NCBI GenBank assembly: GCA_964352415.1
Contig: CAYGST010000001.1
Location: forward strand, 1-40,958
Direction of reading: 5' to 3'
Length of the DNA: 40,958 nucleotides
Origin: an uncultured Planctomycetaceae bacterium
GTDB taxonomy: Bacteria; Planctomycetota; UBA1135; GCA-002686595
Part shown: piece after piece, positions 1 through 9,098 of the stretch
Numbering within the stretch: position 1 is the stretch's first letter
Layout of the letters: the number at the start of each line of letters is the position of its first letter
The notes under the pieces: model-generated
Told to the model about the DNA's origin: nothing
Seen by the model: the letters and a program-made list of their open reading frames with translations, nothing else
Databases searched by the model: none
Program-made: the position numbers and the translations under genes

Positions 1-122
1 GCCCCGGGCCCCGCGCTTCCGAGAGAGCCTTCGTGACCCCGGCCCGCCTCGGCCGTTGGTTGCCCCCGCGCGGGCTGTAGGATCGCGCCTGGCGCCCCGC
101 AGCCTTCCCCACCCAAGCTCAC

Positions 123-1046
123 GTGAGACCTCGACTCCCGCTCCAAGCCGCCCTCGGCGCAGCCACGGCCCTCGCCCTGTGCGCGAGCGCCGCCCAGGCC
201 CAGACGACGTCGCCCCTGCACACGGGGCACGCGATCCCCGGCTTCTACGGCCTGGAGTCGTCGATGCGGCCGAAGCTCGGCATGAGCTACTCGAACCGCT
301 CGGTCGCCTACTACGCGACCACCGATCGCAACCGCAGCGGCAACGACACCGGCCTGGACGGTGAGGTCACGCACCTCTCGAACTACACGACCGCGACCTG
401 GATGTCGCCGTGGAAGCTCTTCGGCGGGAACGTGGTCGCGGGCGCCACCTTGCCGATCCAGAACAGCGCGCAGAACCCGAGGTCCCTGGACGCCGGCAAC
501 GACGGTCTCAAGATCGGCGACGTGTACCTCCAGCCGATGACGCTGTACTGGCCGCTCGAACGGGGCTTCCTGTCCTTCGGCTATGGCCTGTGGCTCCCGA
601 CCGGGAGCTTCGACTCCGCGGACGCGAACAGCATCGGCAAGGGGTTCATGTCGCACGAGGTCTCGTTCGGGTGGACGCACTCGCCCTTCCAGAACGAGGA
701 CTGGCACTACTCCGTGCTGACGCGCTACTCGTTCCACGGCAGCGTCGACGGCCTGCAGCTCACCCCCGGCGACGACCTCGTGCTCGACTGGTCGATCGGC
801 AAGCACGTCGGTGAGCGTTGGAACTTCGGTGCGCTCGGCTACGGCGTCTTCCAGACGTCCCGCGACAGCGGCTCGGACGCCAACGGTGATCTCGGCTACT
901 ACGGTGTCGGCGCGCTCGGCTTCGAGGGGCGCTACGCCATGCCCGACTGGGGCGGCTACGCGAGCTTCCGGATCTTCCAGGAGTTCCAGGGCTACAACCA
1001 CACCGAAGGGCAGCTCGCCGTCTTGAGCCTGAGCTTCCTGCTCTAG
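123..1046 (+). CDS. Secreted outer-membrane beta-barrel protein; candidate MetA-pathway/'transporter' (PF13557-like) family
   Basis: GTG start. Signal peptide MRPRLPLQAALGAATALALCASAAQA. Gly/aromatic-rich alternating beta-strand pattern. 'GLKIGDVYLQPMTLYW' and 'LWLPTGSFD' resemble this OMP family. Family call is from memory only. Confidence 0.6.
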   Translation: MRPRLPLQAALGAATALALCASAAQAQTTSPLHTGHAIPGFYGLESSMRPKLGMSYSNRSVAYYATTDRNRSGNDTGLDGEVTHLSNYTTATWMSPWKLFGGNVVAGATLPIQNSAQNPRSLDAGNDGLKIGDVYLQPMTLYWPLERGFLSFGYGLWLPTGSFDSADANSIGKGFMSHEVSFGWTHSPFQNEDWHYSVLTRYSFHGSVDGLQLTPGDDLVLDWSIGKHVGERWNFGALGYGVFQTSRDSGSDANGDLGYYGVGALGFEGRYAMPDWGGYASFRIFQEFQGYNHTEGQLAVLSLSFLL

Positions 1047-1092
1047 GAGCACGTTGTGCCGCTCGCGGGCAGCACGGCCCGAGCGCCGACGT

Positions 1093-1977
1093 TCAGAACA
1101 GCCTCTGCTGCCCGCGCGACTCGGTGATCGACGCGAGGCGAGGGTAGCGCTCCACCAAGGATGCGGGAGCATCGACGGGCCCGCCGCCGAGCCCGGCCGC
1201 GATCTCCAGCGCATTGGCGACGGCCTGCCCCGCGAAGTGGTTGTTCGTGACGACGTAGAGGTCGTCGCTCTCGCTGGACAGGCGGCGCGCCTTCGCGACC
1301 ACCGCGTCGAGCTCCTCGGGGCCGTAGAGGTAGTCGTAGCGGTCGTCGCGACCGGCCCCTTTGCAGAACCAGTTCGCGGCGTTGCGGCCGTGCAGGCGGT
1401 AGTAGCCGAGGCGCGTCGTTGCAGCGAATTCGTCCGGCGGGTGGTCCTTGGCCGCCGGCATGTCGATGTGCAAGAGCGCCACGCCCAGCCCGCGCAGCCA
1501 GTCGACGGCGCCCTCGGTGAACCAACTCGCGTGGCGCAGCTCGACGGCGAGGGGCACCTCACCGCGCCACGAATCGGCCAGTCGCTCGACGCGCGCGGCG
1601 GTCGCCTTCGTCGCGCGGAAGGTGACGGGGAACTGCGCCAGGAGTCCGCCCAGGCGCCCAGCCTCCCTCAGCGGTGCGATGCCCTCGTCGAACTGGCGCC
1701 GCGACTCCTCGTAGTCCGCGTGTTCCTGGTGCGGGCCGTGCGTGAAGTCACCGTGCAGCTTCGCGAGGAAGCGGAAGTCCTCGAACGGCTGCACGAGCTC
1801 GGCCCAGCGCTCCGCATTCTCTGCCCGCGGCATCGCGTAGAAGCTGCTGTTCACCTCGACGCAATCGAAGCGCTCCGCGAGGAACGGGAGCGGGTGGAAA
1901 CCACGCGGCTTCGGCTTCGGATAGACGACCCCCTCCCAGTCGACGTAGGACCAACCGGCGGGTCCGACGCGGATCAC
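1093..1977 (-). CDS. DUF72 (YecE-like) family protein
   Basis: N-terminus 'IRVGPAGWSYVDWEGVVYP...FDCVEVNSSFYAMP' is the DUF72 signature. GTG start overlaps the upstream stop (GTGA). Confidence 0.9.
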   Translation of the reverse strand: MIRVGPAGWSYVDWEGVVYPKPKPRGFHPLPFLAERFDCVEVNSSFYAMPRAENAERWAELVQPFEDFRFLAKLHGDFTHGPHQEHADYEESRRQFDEGIAPLREAGRLGGLLAQFPVTFRATKATAARVERLADSWRGEVPLAVELRHASWFTEGAVDWLRGLGVALLHIDMPAAKDHPPDEFAATTRLGYYRLHGRNAANWFCKGAGRDDRYDYLYGPEELDAVVAKARRLSSESDDLYVVTNNHFAGQAVANALEIAAGLGGGPVDAPASLVERYPRLASITESRGQQRLF

Positions 1978-2699
1978 TCGTCGAGCTCCAGGCCGAGCAT
2001 CTCCGAAGCACGTCGCTCTGCGGCGAGCATGCGCCGGCGAAGCTCCTCGGTGGCCTCCGCCTGCTGCTCCTCCGTCGCGTCACGCGGAACGAGCAGAGGT
2101 TCGCCGTAGCACAGGGCCACGCGCGCTCGCGGCTTCGGAATCGTGAAGGCGTCCCAGCTGCGCATGCGCCAGGCCGGTTCGGCCGCGAGTCCGGTCGGCA
2201 GGATCGAGTACCCGGTCGCGCGCGCCATCCACGCGAGGCCCTTGTTCATCGAGTGGCGTGGACCCCGCGGTCCGTCGGGGGTGATGATGAGCACGCTTCC
2301 ACCGCGCATGGCGGACAGCATGGCTCGCACCGCGCTCGCACCGCCGCGGCTGCTGGAGCCGCGAATGACGCCGTAGCCGAGGCTCTGGAGCAGGTGTTCG
2401 GAGATGTCCCCGTCACCGCTGCGCGAGACGAGCACCTGCCAACCCCGGCCGCCGTACTCCTCCATGCCGAGCAGCATTCGTCCGTGCCAGAGCGCAATGA
2501 AGTGCCCCCCACCCTTGCCACGCGCTGCCTCCATGAAGGCCTCGTTCTCGATCTCGAGCTTCCAGCTCCTCGCGTTCCAGCGCATCAGGCGCGCACCGAA
2601 CAGGCGCGTCGCCCAGAGCGATGCGGCGCGGCGCGCACGACGGAGCGACTTGTTGCGGCGCAGGCGCTTGCGCAGGGGAACGGAGGCGGTCGAGGCCAT
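1974..2699 (-). CDS. DUF374 / lysophospholipid acyltransferase-like family protein
   Basis: 'FIALWHGRMLL...VLVSRSGDGDISEHLLQSLGYGVIRGSSSRGGASA...IITPDGPRGPRH' matches the DUF374 core. ATG at 2699. Confidence 0.85.
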   Translation of the reverse strand: MASTASVPLRKRLRRNKSLRRARRAASLWATRLFGARLMRWNARSWKLEIENEAFMEAARGKGGGHFIALWHGRMLLGMEEYGGRGWQVLVSRSGDGDISEHLLQSLGYGVIRGSSSRGGASAVRAMLSAMRGGSVLIITPDGPRGPRHSMNKGLAWMARATGYSILPTGLAAEPAWRMRSWDAFTIPKPRARVALCYGEPLLVPRDATEEQQAEATEELRRRMLAAERRASEMLGLELDE

Positions 2700-2795
2700 G
2701 AACGTCTATCGAAGCACGTGGCGCTGCCCACGTCCCGCCCAATCACCAAGTCTCTCGCGCAGAGTCACTCGCGACGGGTCCTGCGCGACACGACT

Positions 2796-5060
2796 TCAGC
2801 GAGCGAGATCGAGATCGTCGCCCTGCCCGCTCTGATCGATGCCGTCCGGACCGAGCGACCAGAGCTGGTAGCTCGAGCCGTCCTCGCTGACGCTGTAGCG
2901 GAAGGCGCGACCCCAGCCATCCTCGGGCAGGGGCTTTCCGTCGAGGAAGCCGCCGGGGAAGTTGGCCGTGGGCTGCAGCAGATGCGCGAGGCTCTCCGGG
3001 TAGCGGGCTGCATCGGCGGAGTAGACGACGATTGCGACCTTGAGCTCGCGAAGATGTTCGAGGGTCACGTCGGAGGGCGCGCGGACTTCGGGGTCCGGCG
3101 GCGGGACCTCTTCCGTGACGAAGCCGACGCCGCCCTGCAGCGGCGCCTGACCGAACACCGTGAGGCCGGCGATGCCCCCAGCGGCTGCGAACAGGAACGG
3201 AATCTCCGGCCCGAAGCAGGACTCGCTGTAGGCGTAGGTTCCGCCGTCCACCTGGCGCGTCCACGACGTGGAGGGCGGGAAGTGCTCGCGGAAGACGTCG
3301 CTCGAAGGCATCGAGTCGATGGCGAACGGCAGCTCGAGGCCGCCTTGTTCGACGAGCGGCAAGAAGCCGCGGGCGGAGTCGTACACGCCAGCCAGGATCG
3401 CACCCCAGTCGGTCGTGCCGTAGCTCTGGATCCCACCCGGAAGGTCCTCGGCCGCCGTTTGCAGCACGTGCCGGTCCTCCGGGTTTGCCGTCATCAGGCG
3501 CTTCATCTCGCGCTTGGTGTAGGAGCCGCTGATCGAGATCAGCGCGCGGTCCTCGAGGATGCCCACGGCCATGCTGACGGCGAGGAACGCCGGAAGAATG
3601 TCGGCCACGCCGCTCGCGCTCGAGTTGGCGGTGATCTCGGTGAGGTCCATCCCTGGGCTGAACGACATGAACGGTCGCTTTCGATACGGACGCGCGCTGA
3701 ACTGGATCGCGCCCTCGCTCATCCCGGAGACGTACTCACCGAAGCGCTCGAGTCCACGGCCGAAGGCGTCCGCGTCGTCGAGCTGCACGGCGAGGTAGAC
3801 CTTGGGTAGTCCGATTCCGGTGAACGGCAGCGTGTAGAACACGACTTCGTCACCGATGGCGCCGAGGAGGTCGCGGTCCGGACGAAATCCGTGGTCGTCC
3901 TCGAGCTGCGCGAGGAGCGCCTCCGGGTCTTCGCCCAGCAGGTCACCGAGCGTGGACATCAACAGTCGCGAGAGACCGTCCCTGTCGAGGTGCGAAGCCC
4001 AGACGCCAACGGCGTCGGGGGGAACCATGCGGAAGGAGTCGCGGGCCATCGGCTCGCGGCTGAACACCCGCGGCGCGCCCTCGTCCGCGAAGCTCGCTTC
4101 GAACTCCTCGGTGACGAAGCGGCTGCCGACGAGGCGCGTGCGACTGCGGCTGCGAATCTCGCTCCCCGCCGCGACCATCCCGAGGACGTGCTCCATCATC
4201 CCCGCGGCCTCGGCCGGCAGCTCCGGAACGATGCGCAGGAGGCGGGGCAGCTCGCCAAGGCCGTCCATGGCCACGTAGCCGTTGACGACGCTGACGCCCT
4301 TGTCTCCAACGAGCCCGATACCTGCGGTGCGGTAGCCCTCATCGGACTCCAGGCTGTGCTCGACGTGACGAACAGGCGGCTGCGTGGTGTTCTGCTCGAG
4401 CCCGAAGCCGATCATCAGTCGCGGACCTTCGTTCGCGATCCAGAACGACAGGCCGGGCGATGAGCCGCCGAGCGCGTGCACGCTCCAGGCGTGGGTCGAG
4501 TCGTCCTCGGAGGTGCCGCTCGCGGTCTGGCTCCAGCCGTAGTTCGGATCGAAGCCGGCCTTCGCCTGGGCCTGGGCGCGGATGAGGTCCGCGGCCTCCG
4601 TCGCGGCCTCAGCGCTGGCGAGGTCCATCACGAAGCGCAGCTCCGCGTTTCGGAGTCGCGCGAGGAGCGCGGGGCTCATGCTGCCGTTCGAAGCGATCAG
4701 CTCGTTCGAGAGGCCTGCCAGCTCGACGCCCGAGAGGGACATCGAAATGCGCTCCACCTCCGGCACGAGATCGAGCATCTGAACGCCGACCGGAGGCATC
4801 TCGCCCCGCAGCTCTTCGAGGCCCTGGTCCACGATCGCTCGAAGGTGGATGGCCTCGCCGTCCCGGCCGAGCAGCGTGCCGAGGAACGCGCTGACGTCTT
4901 CGTCCCTTACAAATCGAGCGAGCGGCGCTTCTTCGTAGGCCGCGAGGGCCGCCTCGATGTCGGGAACCTCGAAGAACAGGTTCGTGTCGGCCGGGTGCAG
5001 CGTCGCGTGCCCTCCACCGAGGTGGAGGAGGAGCGCCGGGAGGAGAGCGGGGGCGAACAT
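2796..5060 (-). CDS. Secreted 754-aa protein of unknown function with C-terminal type II secretion GspG-like (pseudopilin globular) domain
   Basis: Track ORF 2796..5165 trimmed to ATG 5060 (MFAPALLPALLLHLGGGHA, signal-like), which avoids overlap with the upstream gene. C-terminus 'LRELKVAIVVYSADAARYPESL...GGFLDGKPLPEDGWGRAFRYSVSEDGSSYQLWSLGPDGIDQSGQGDDLDL' aligns by eye to GspG/EpsG ('...DPWG..Y.Y...G.Y.L.SLGPDG...DDI'). Confidence 0.75.
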   Translation of the reverse strand: MFAPALLPALLLHLGGGHATLHPADTNLFFEVPDIEAALAAYEEAPLARFVRDEDVSAFLGTLLGRDGEAIHLRAIVDQGLEELRGEMPPVGVQMLDLVPEVERISMSLSGVELAGLSNELIASNGSMSPALLARLRNAELRFVMDLASAEAATEAADLIRAQAQAKAGFDPNYGWSQTASGTSEDDSTHAWSVHALGGSSPGLSFWIANEGPRLMIGFGLEQNTTQPPVRHVEHSLESDEGYRTAGIGLVGDKGVSVVNGYVAMDGLGELPRLLRIVPELPAEAAGMMEHVLGMVAAGSEIRSRSRTRLVGSRFVTEEFEASFADEGAPRVFSREPMARDSFRMVPPDAVGVWASHLDRDGLSRLLMSTLGDLLGEDPEALLAQLEDDHGFRPDRDLLGAIGDEVVFYTLPFTGIGLPKVYLAVQLDDADAFGRGLERFGEYVSGMSEGAIQFSARPYRKRPFMSFSPGMDLTEITANSSASGVADILPAFLAVSMAVGILEDRALISISGSYTKREMKRLMTANPEDRHVLQTAAEDLPGGIQSYGTTDWGAILAGVYDSARGFLPLVEQGGLELPFAIDSMPSSDVFREHFPPSTSWTRQVDGGTYAYSESCFGPEIPFLFAAAGGIAGLTVFGQAPLQGGVGFVTEEVPPPDPEVRAPSDVTLEHLRELKVAIVVYSADAARYPESLAHLLQPTANFPGGFLDGKPLPEDGWGRAFRYSVSEDGSSYQLWSLGPDGIDQSGQGDDLDLAR

Positions 5061-5088
5061 GTGTCGGGCTTCGAAGGGGTGGAACGTC

Positions 5089-6561
5089 TCAGATGCCGGC
5101 GAACCCGAGCAGGGCCTTCTCGTTGGCGATGATCGCCTTCTCGAGATCCTTGAAGGCCTTCCCAATCACCTTGGGGTCGCCCGCCTCGATCGCCTTCTTC
5201 ACGACCGCGTACGCAGCAGTGACCTCAGGGTTCTTGCCGTCAATCGCAAAAGCGACGAGGAGGCCGAGCTCGTTGAGCAGCTTCGCAGAGTCGTCGAACT
5301 GATCGACGTTGAGACGCCCCGTGAAGATCTCGGGCAGGGGCCGCAGCCCCCCCTTCGCGAGCAGGTTCTCGACCGACCACTCCCGCGCCCAGTTGTAGTT
5401 GCCGCCACTCTCGACGAACTGGTCGATGAAGTAGCGGTCGGCGTAGGACGCCAGGCCGTAACGGAACCACGTCGGGAGCGCTTTCTCTCCGTAGAAGTCA
5501 TCGACGCTCATGTTCCGGGACTTCTTCACCTTGGCCACGGCCTTGGGGCTCGGGTCTGCGGCCTCGATCATCGAGAAGGCAGCGGCCATGCGCGAGGAGT
5601 GCCGGCCGAACGCTGCGCCGTTCTCGTCGTCGAGGTCCCAGAGGCCGATGCCGCAGCCGAGGAAGTCCCCTTCGCTCGAGAACCACGCCTCGCCGAAGTA
5701 GGCGTGGTGCAGCGACGAGAGCCCGAGCACCTCGGTCGGTCCACGGCCGTCGCCGCCCGCCGCGAAGGTTCCGTACTGGTCCTTGCTACGCAGCATGACC
5801 ACCTTGATCGGAGCCTTGGGCTTGATTCCAAGCGCGCGGTTCACGTCGCGGTAGGTGCGCGCCATGTACTCGAGCGACTCCTTGGCGGTCTCGCGGTCGA
5901 GGGTGGTGTGCAGCACGAACTCGTCGCTCGGGAGGATCCACCAGCGATCCAGCTCTGCGTGGTAGGCGTTGGCGTCGTCGAGCGTCTTCCACTCTTCGCC
6001 GCACTTCCACAGGCCCTTGTCGATGTTCTCCTTCTCGTCGGGGGAGACCCACACGGTGTCCTGCTTGGTCCAGCCCGCCTTTTGCTTCTCGTAGTCTTCC
6101 TTGCTGACCCACGCACCGTCGTCGTCGCGGATCATTCCACGCTGGAGGTACGGCAGATCGTCCTCCGGCACCCATTCGTCGCCGAAGCGCACGAGCCCCT
6201 GCTCTTCAGCGATGCGCAGCTCTTCGTCCTTCTTGTACTTGTCGAGCTTCTTCTGCGTGGTGAACCATTTGCCGTCGTACTCGATGTGACCGAGCGCTTT
6301 GTGCGCTTCTTCGTGCCCGTCGTCGACCTTGAGGATCGCGCGCAGACACAAGCGCCCTTGCTTGTCCATCCCGTAGGCGCCGCACCAGAGATAGAGGTCC
6401 CAGAGCTTGTCGATGTCCTTGCCCGCGGCCTCTCGCTTCGTCTCGTACTCCGCGATCTTGTCGTCGTCCTGCTGCGGAGACGCGTGGATCGCGGTGGTCG
6501 TGGCGGGCGCCGGCGCGGCGAGGAACAGGGGCAGACTGAGGAGGAGCAAGGACAGCTTCAT
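5089..6561 (-). CDS. Secreted hypothetical protein (490 aa); weak resemblance to DUF1570/peptidase-MA-like proteins
   Basis: Signal peptide MKLSLLLLSLPLFLAAPAPA. Repeated 'GxxEYDGKW/ FGDEWVP / DGAWVS / DTVWVS' short motifs. 'WFRYGLASYAD' resembles the W..EGLA.Y.E motif, but no HExxH is present ('SLHHAYF' instead). Function not established. Confidence 0.7.
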   Translation of the reverse strand: MKLSLLLLSLPLFLAAPAPATTTAIHASPQQDDDKIAEYETKREAAGKDIDKLWDLYLWCGAYGMDKQGRLCLRAILKVDDGHEEAHKALGHIEYDGKWFTTQKKLDKYKKDEELRIAEEQGLVRFGDEWVPEDDLPYLQRGMIRDDDGAWVSKEDYEKQKAGWTKQDTVWVSPDEKENIDKGLWKCGEEWKTLDDANAYHAELDRWWILPSDEFVLHTTLDRETAKESLEYMARTYRDVNRALGIKPKAPIKVVMLRSKDQYGTFAAGGDGRGPTEVLGLSSLHHAYFGEAWFSSEGDFLGCGIGLWDLDDENGAAFGRHSSRMAAAFSMIEAADPSPKAVAKVKKSRNMSVDDFYGEKALPTWFRYGLASYADRYFIDQFVESGGNYNWAREWSVENLLAKGGLRPLPEIFTGRLNVDQFDDSAKLLNELGLLVAFAIDGKNPEVTAAYAVVKKAIEAGDPKVIGKAFKDLEKAIIANEKALLGFAGI

Positions 6562-6788
6562 TGCGGCAACGCGGCTTCGTGACGAGGCGAGGGGGGAGAC
6601 TGCGGGCGCGAGTCCAAGGGACGTACTCGGCCCGGCTCAGCGATCGATCGTGGCCCGTCATCGTAGTCCGTACGCGCCGGTTCTGGAGGTCTCGCGAGGC
6701 CTCCCCTGGGAGGTCTCCGGGGACGTGGGTCACGGACTCCTCCCGTCGCTAGCCGAGTCCGGTCGATGGGGTCCGTGGGAGCCCCCCC

Positions 6789-6815
6789 TTGCACTGGTGG
6801 GTAGCTCCCTATAAT
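6789..6815 (+). promoter_or_regulatory. Candidate sigma70-type promoter (TTGCAC - 15 nt - TATAAT) facing the PPIase gene
   Basis: Exact TATAAT at 6810-6815 in otherwise GC-rich DNA. TTGCAC at 6789-6794. The spacer is short (15-16 nt). Confidence 0.3.
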
Positions 6816-7029
6816 GCCCGGCCCTTGATCTCCGCCACGGAGGCTCGAGGGACTCGCCTCGCAGAGCTGCGCGCCGCCCCCCCACGGGAGATCGGCGGGG
6901 AAGCTCCGCTCGGCTCCTCACACGTCGGTCGAGCGCGCGCAGGCCCCTCCTCACCGGGATCTCTTGCGCTCCGGCCAGCACCGGGGCCTAGGCCCCAATA
7001 AACCACCAGATAAGGACCACTTAGAGGTC

Positions 7030-8061
7030 ATGGCTGAGCACAAGGCCCCCACCGAGGTCACGGTCGTCGCTGGCGACGAGCCGTCCCACCTCGCGCTGTT
7101 CGTCAACAGGCATTGGATGAAGGGCGCACTCGTCGCCCTGGTCATCGCGGCCGGCATTCTCTTCTCCCAGTACCAGGCGGGGGAAGACGCCAAGGTGGTC
7201 AACCAGAGCTGGTCGCGTCTCATGTCCGCCGTCGACGAAGACGGCCGAGGCGGTTTCGCTCCGGACGCGGAGGCCGTCGCTGCGCTCCAGGGCGAGCTCG
7301 CCGGAACCTCAGCGGGTGCGTGGGCCCTGTACATGGAAGCCCAGGGCCAACGGCAGGGCGGCGACTACGAGGCAGCCATCGCCACGCTACAGGAGATCAA
7401 GGGAAGCTACCCGGACCACCCGCTCGTCAAGGATCGGAAGACCTACGGGGAGTCACAGACGCCCCTGAACGCCATCGAACGCCTCACCAAGGTGTTCACC
7501 AGCGAGCGAGACTGGCACACCTCGCAGCCGCAACTCTTTGCAAATGCAGAGCTTCCGGCGAATGCCCCCCAGGTTCGCTTCCAGACCGACCACGGCGACT
7601 TCGTCGTTGGTCTCTACTCGGACCGGGCCCCGCTTCACGTCGCGAACTTCCTCGAGAAGGTGAACGAAGGCTATTACGAGGGCCTGAAGTTCCACCGCTC
7701 TGCCTTCGGGATGATGATCGAGACCGGTGATCCCACCACCCGGGACGCGGGAAGTGACCCAATCCGCTGGGGCCAGACTGGCTCGGAAGACCTCGTCGAA
7801 GAGGAAGAGACTGGACTCTTCCACTTCGCGGGTGTGCTCACCGCCAACGCCGCGCCTGGCGCCGAGGGATCTGACGGCGGCCTGATCGGCCTCACCGCCC
7901 AGGCCGTTCACTTCCGGGACGGCACCAACGTCGTCTTCGGGGTGGTCGTCGAGGGACTGAAGGTCGTCGAAGAGATCGCTCAGTTGGCGCCCGACGCTAC
8001 CGGCCAGCGCCCTGCGAAACCCGCCATCGTCGAGTCCGTCACCGTGATTCCTGGCGCCTGA
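7030..8061 (+). CDS. Membrane-anchored cyclophilin-type peptidyl-prolyl cis-trans isomerase with N-terminal TM + helical (TPR/YfgM-like) region
   Basis: Trimmed to ATG 7030 (MAEHKAPTEV). TM segment 'ALVALVIAAGILF'. Cyclophilin core 'FQTDHGDFVVGLYSDRAPLHVANFLEKVNEGYYEGLKFHR...FGVVVEGLKVVEEI'. Confidence 0.9.
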   Translation: MAEHKAPTEVTVVAGDEPSHLALFVNRHWMKGALVALVIAAGILFSQYQAGEDAKVVNQSWSRLMSAVDEDGRGGFAPDAEAVAALQGELAGTSAGAWALYMEAQGQRQGGDYEAAIATLQEIKGSYPDHPLVKDRKTYGESQTPLNAIERLTKVFTSERDWHTSQPQLFANAELPANAPQVRFQTDHGDFVVGLYSDRAPLHVANFLEKVNEGYYEGLKFHRSAFGMMIETGDPTTRDAGSDPIRWGQTGSEDLVEEEETGLFHFAGVLTANAAPGAEGSDGGLIGLTAQAVHFRDGTNVVFGVVVEGLKVVEEIAQLAPDATGQRPAKPAIVESVTVIPGA

Positions 8062-8121
8062 CGGAGCGGCCTCTCCACCCCCTGGGGCGAGTGAGCTGGC
8101 CCAGATCGAGCGAGCCCGGCA

Positions 8122-8137
8122 TGTTCCACGTGGAACA
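8122..8137. promoter_or_regulatory. parS: parS centromere-like site TGTTCCACGTGGAACA, core of a 44-bp perfect palindrome (8108-8151)
   Basis: 14/16 match to the canonical TGTTTCACGTGAAACA, with symmetric substitutions that keep it perfectly palindromic. Lies 21 nt downstream of the parB stop, between convergent genes. Confidence 0.75.
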
Positions 8138-8171
8138 TGCCGGGCTCGCTCTCGATTGGAGGGGCTCGGAC

Positions 8172-9098
8172 CTACTCGAGGGAATCCTGGGGTGCCAGGA
8201 GCGCGATCAAGCGCTCGAGATCCTCGCGACCGTAGTAGTCGATGACGATCTTGCCTTTGAACCCTTCGCGGTTCTGCAGCTGGACCTTCGTGCCCAGGTG
8301 GATCTGCATGCGGCGCTGTAGGTCGGAGACCCAGGGAGCCATCGGCTCCTCGTTTACCGCCTCGGTCGTGCCTGAAGCCACCCCCGAAGGGTCGGAGTCA
8401 GCAGGGGTGACCGACTCTGCGGAGCTCGCCCCACGCACCCGGGCTTCCGTCTGTCGGACCGAGAGCCCCTCGCGAACGATCACGCCGAGAAGCGCGGCCT
8501 GTGCCTCTTGGCCATCGAGTCCGAGTAGAGCGCGAGCGTGCCCCATCGTGATCAGACCTCGGGTCAAGGCGCCCTGCAGATCCTCGGGCAGATCCAAGAG
8601 CCGCAGATGATTGGCCACGGTGGCTCGCTTGAGGCCCACCTTCTGTGCAACCTGATCTTGGGTCAGGTCCAGACGTTCCATGAGTCGCTGGTAGCCCCGA
8701 GCCTTCTCGAGGGCGTCCAGGTCACGGCGCTGGACGTTCTCGACGAGGGCCAGTTCGAGCATGTCCCCGTCGCTGACCTCATCGCGAATCACGGCCGGCA
8801 CACGCTCCAGGCCCGCCAACCGGGCAGCACGCCAGCGCCGCTCCCCCGCAATCAATTCGTAACCCTCCGCCGCGCGCCGCACCACGACGGGCTGGAGAAC
8901 CCCGTGGTTGCGGATCGAATCCCGAAGCTCCTCGAGCCCCTCGGGGTCGAAGGTGTCCCGCGGTTGATGCGGGTTCGGTCGGATCTCGAGGACAGCGATG
9001 TCCACATCCGGCGCCCGGGGAGCTTCGGGCTCCGGAGTCATTTCAGGGGAGGATCCCCCCAGGAGGGATCCAAGTCCCCGTCCAAGCCGTCGTTCCAA
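8172..9098 (-). CDS. parB: Chromosome partitioning protein ParB/Spo0J
   Basis: 'RRLGRGLGSLL', 'IRPNPHQPRDTFDPEGLEELRDSIRNHGVLQPVVVRR...YELIAGERRWRAARLAGLERVPAVIRD', and the HTH region 'TQDQVAQKVGLKRATVANHLRLL'. Confidence 0.95.
   Translation of the reverse strand: MERRLGRGLGSLLGGSSPEMTPEPEAPRAPDVDIAVLEIRPNPHQPRDTFDPEGLEELRDSIRNHGVLQPVVVRRAAEGYELIAGERRWRAARLAGLERVPAVIRDEVSDGDMLELALVENVQRRDLDALEKARGYQRLMERLDLTQDQVAQKVGLKRATVANHLRLLDLPEDLQGALTRGLITMGHARALLGLDGQEAQAALLGVIVREGLSVRQTEARVRGASSAESVTPADSDPSGVASGTTEAVNEEPMAPWVSDLQRRMQIHLGTKVQLQNREGFKGKIVIDYYGREDLERLIALLAPQDSLE

Noticed and set aside
8091-8321. 76-aa ORF 'MSWPRSSEPGMFHVEHAGL...'
   Set aside because: It is the translation of the parS palindrome and of the antisense of the parB 3' end. 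parS sites are known to produce this kind of spurious ORF.
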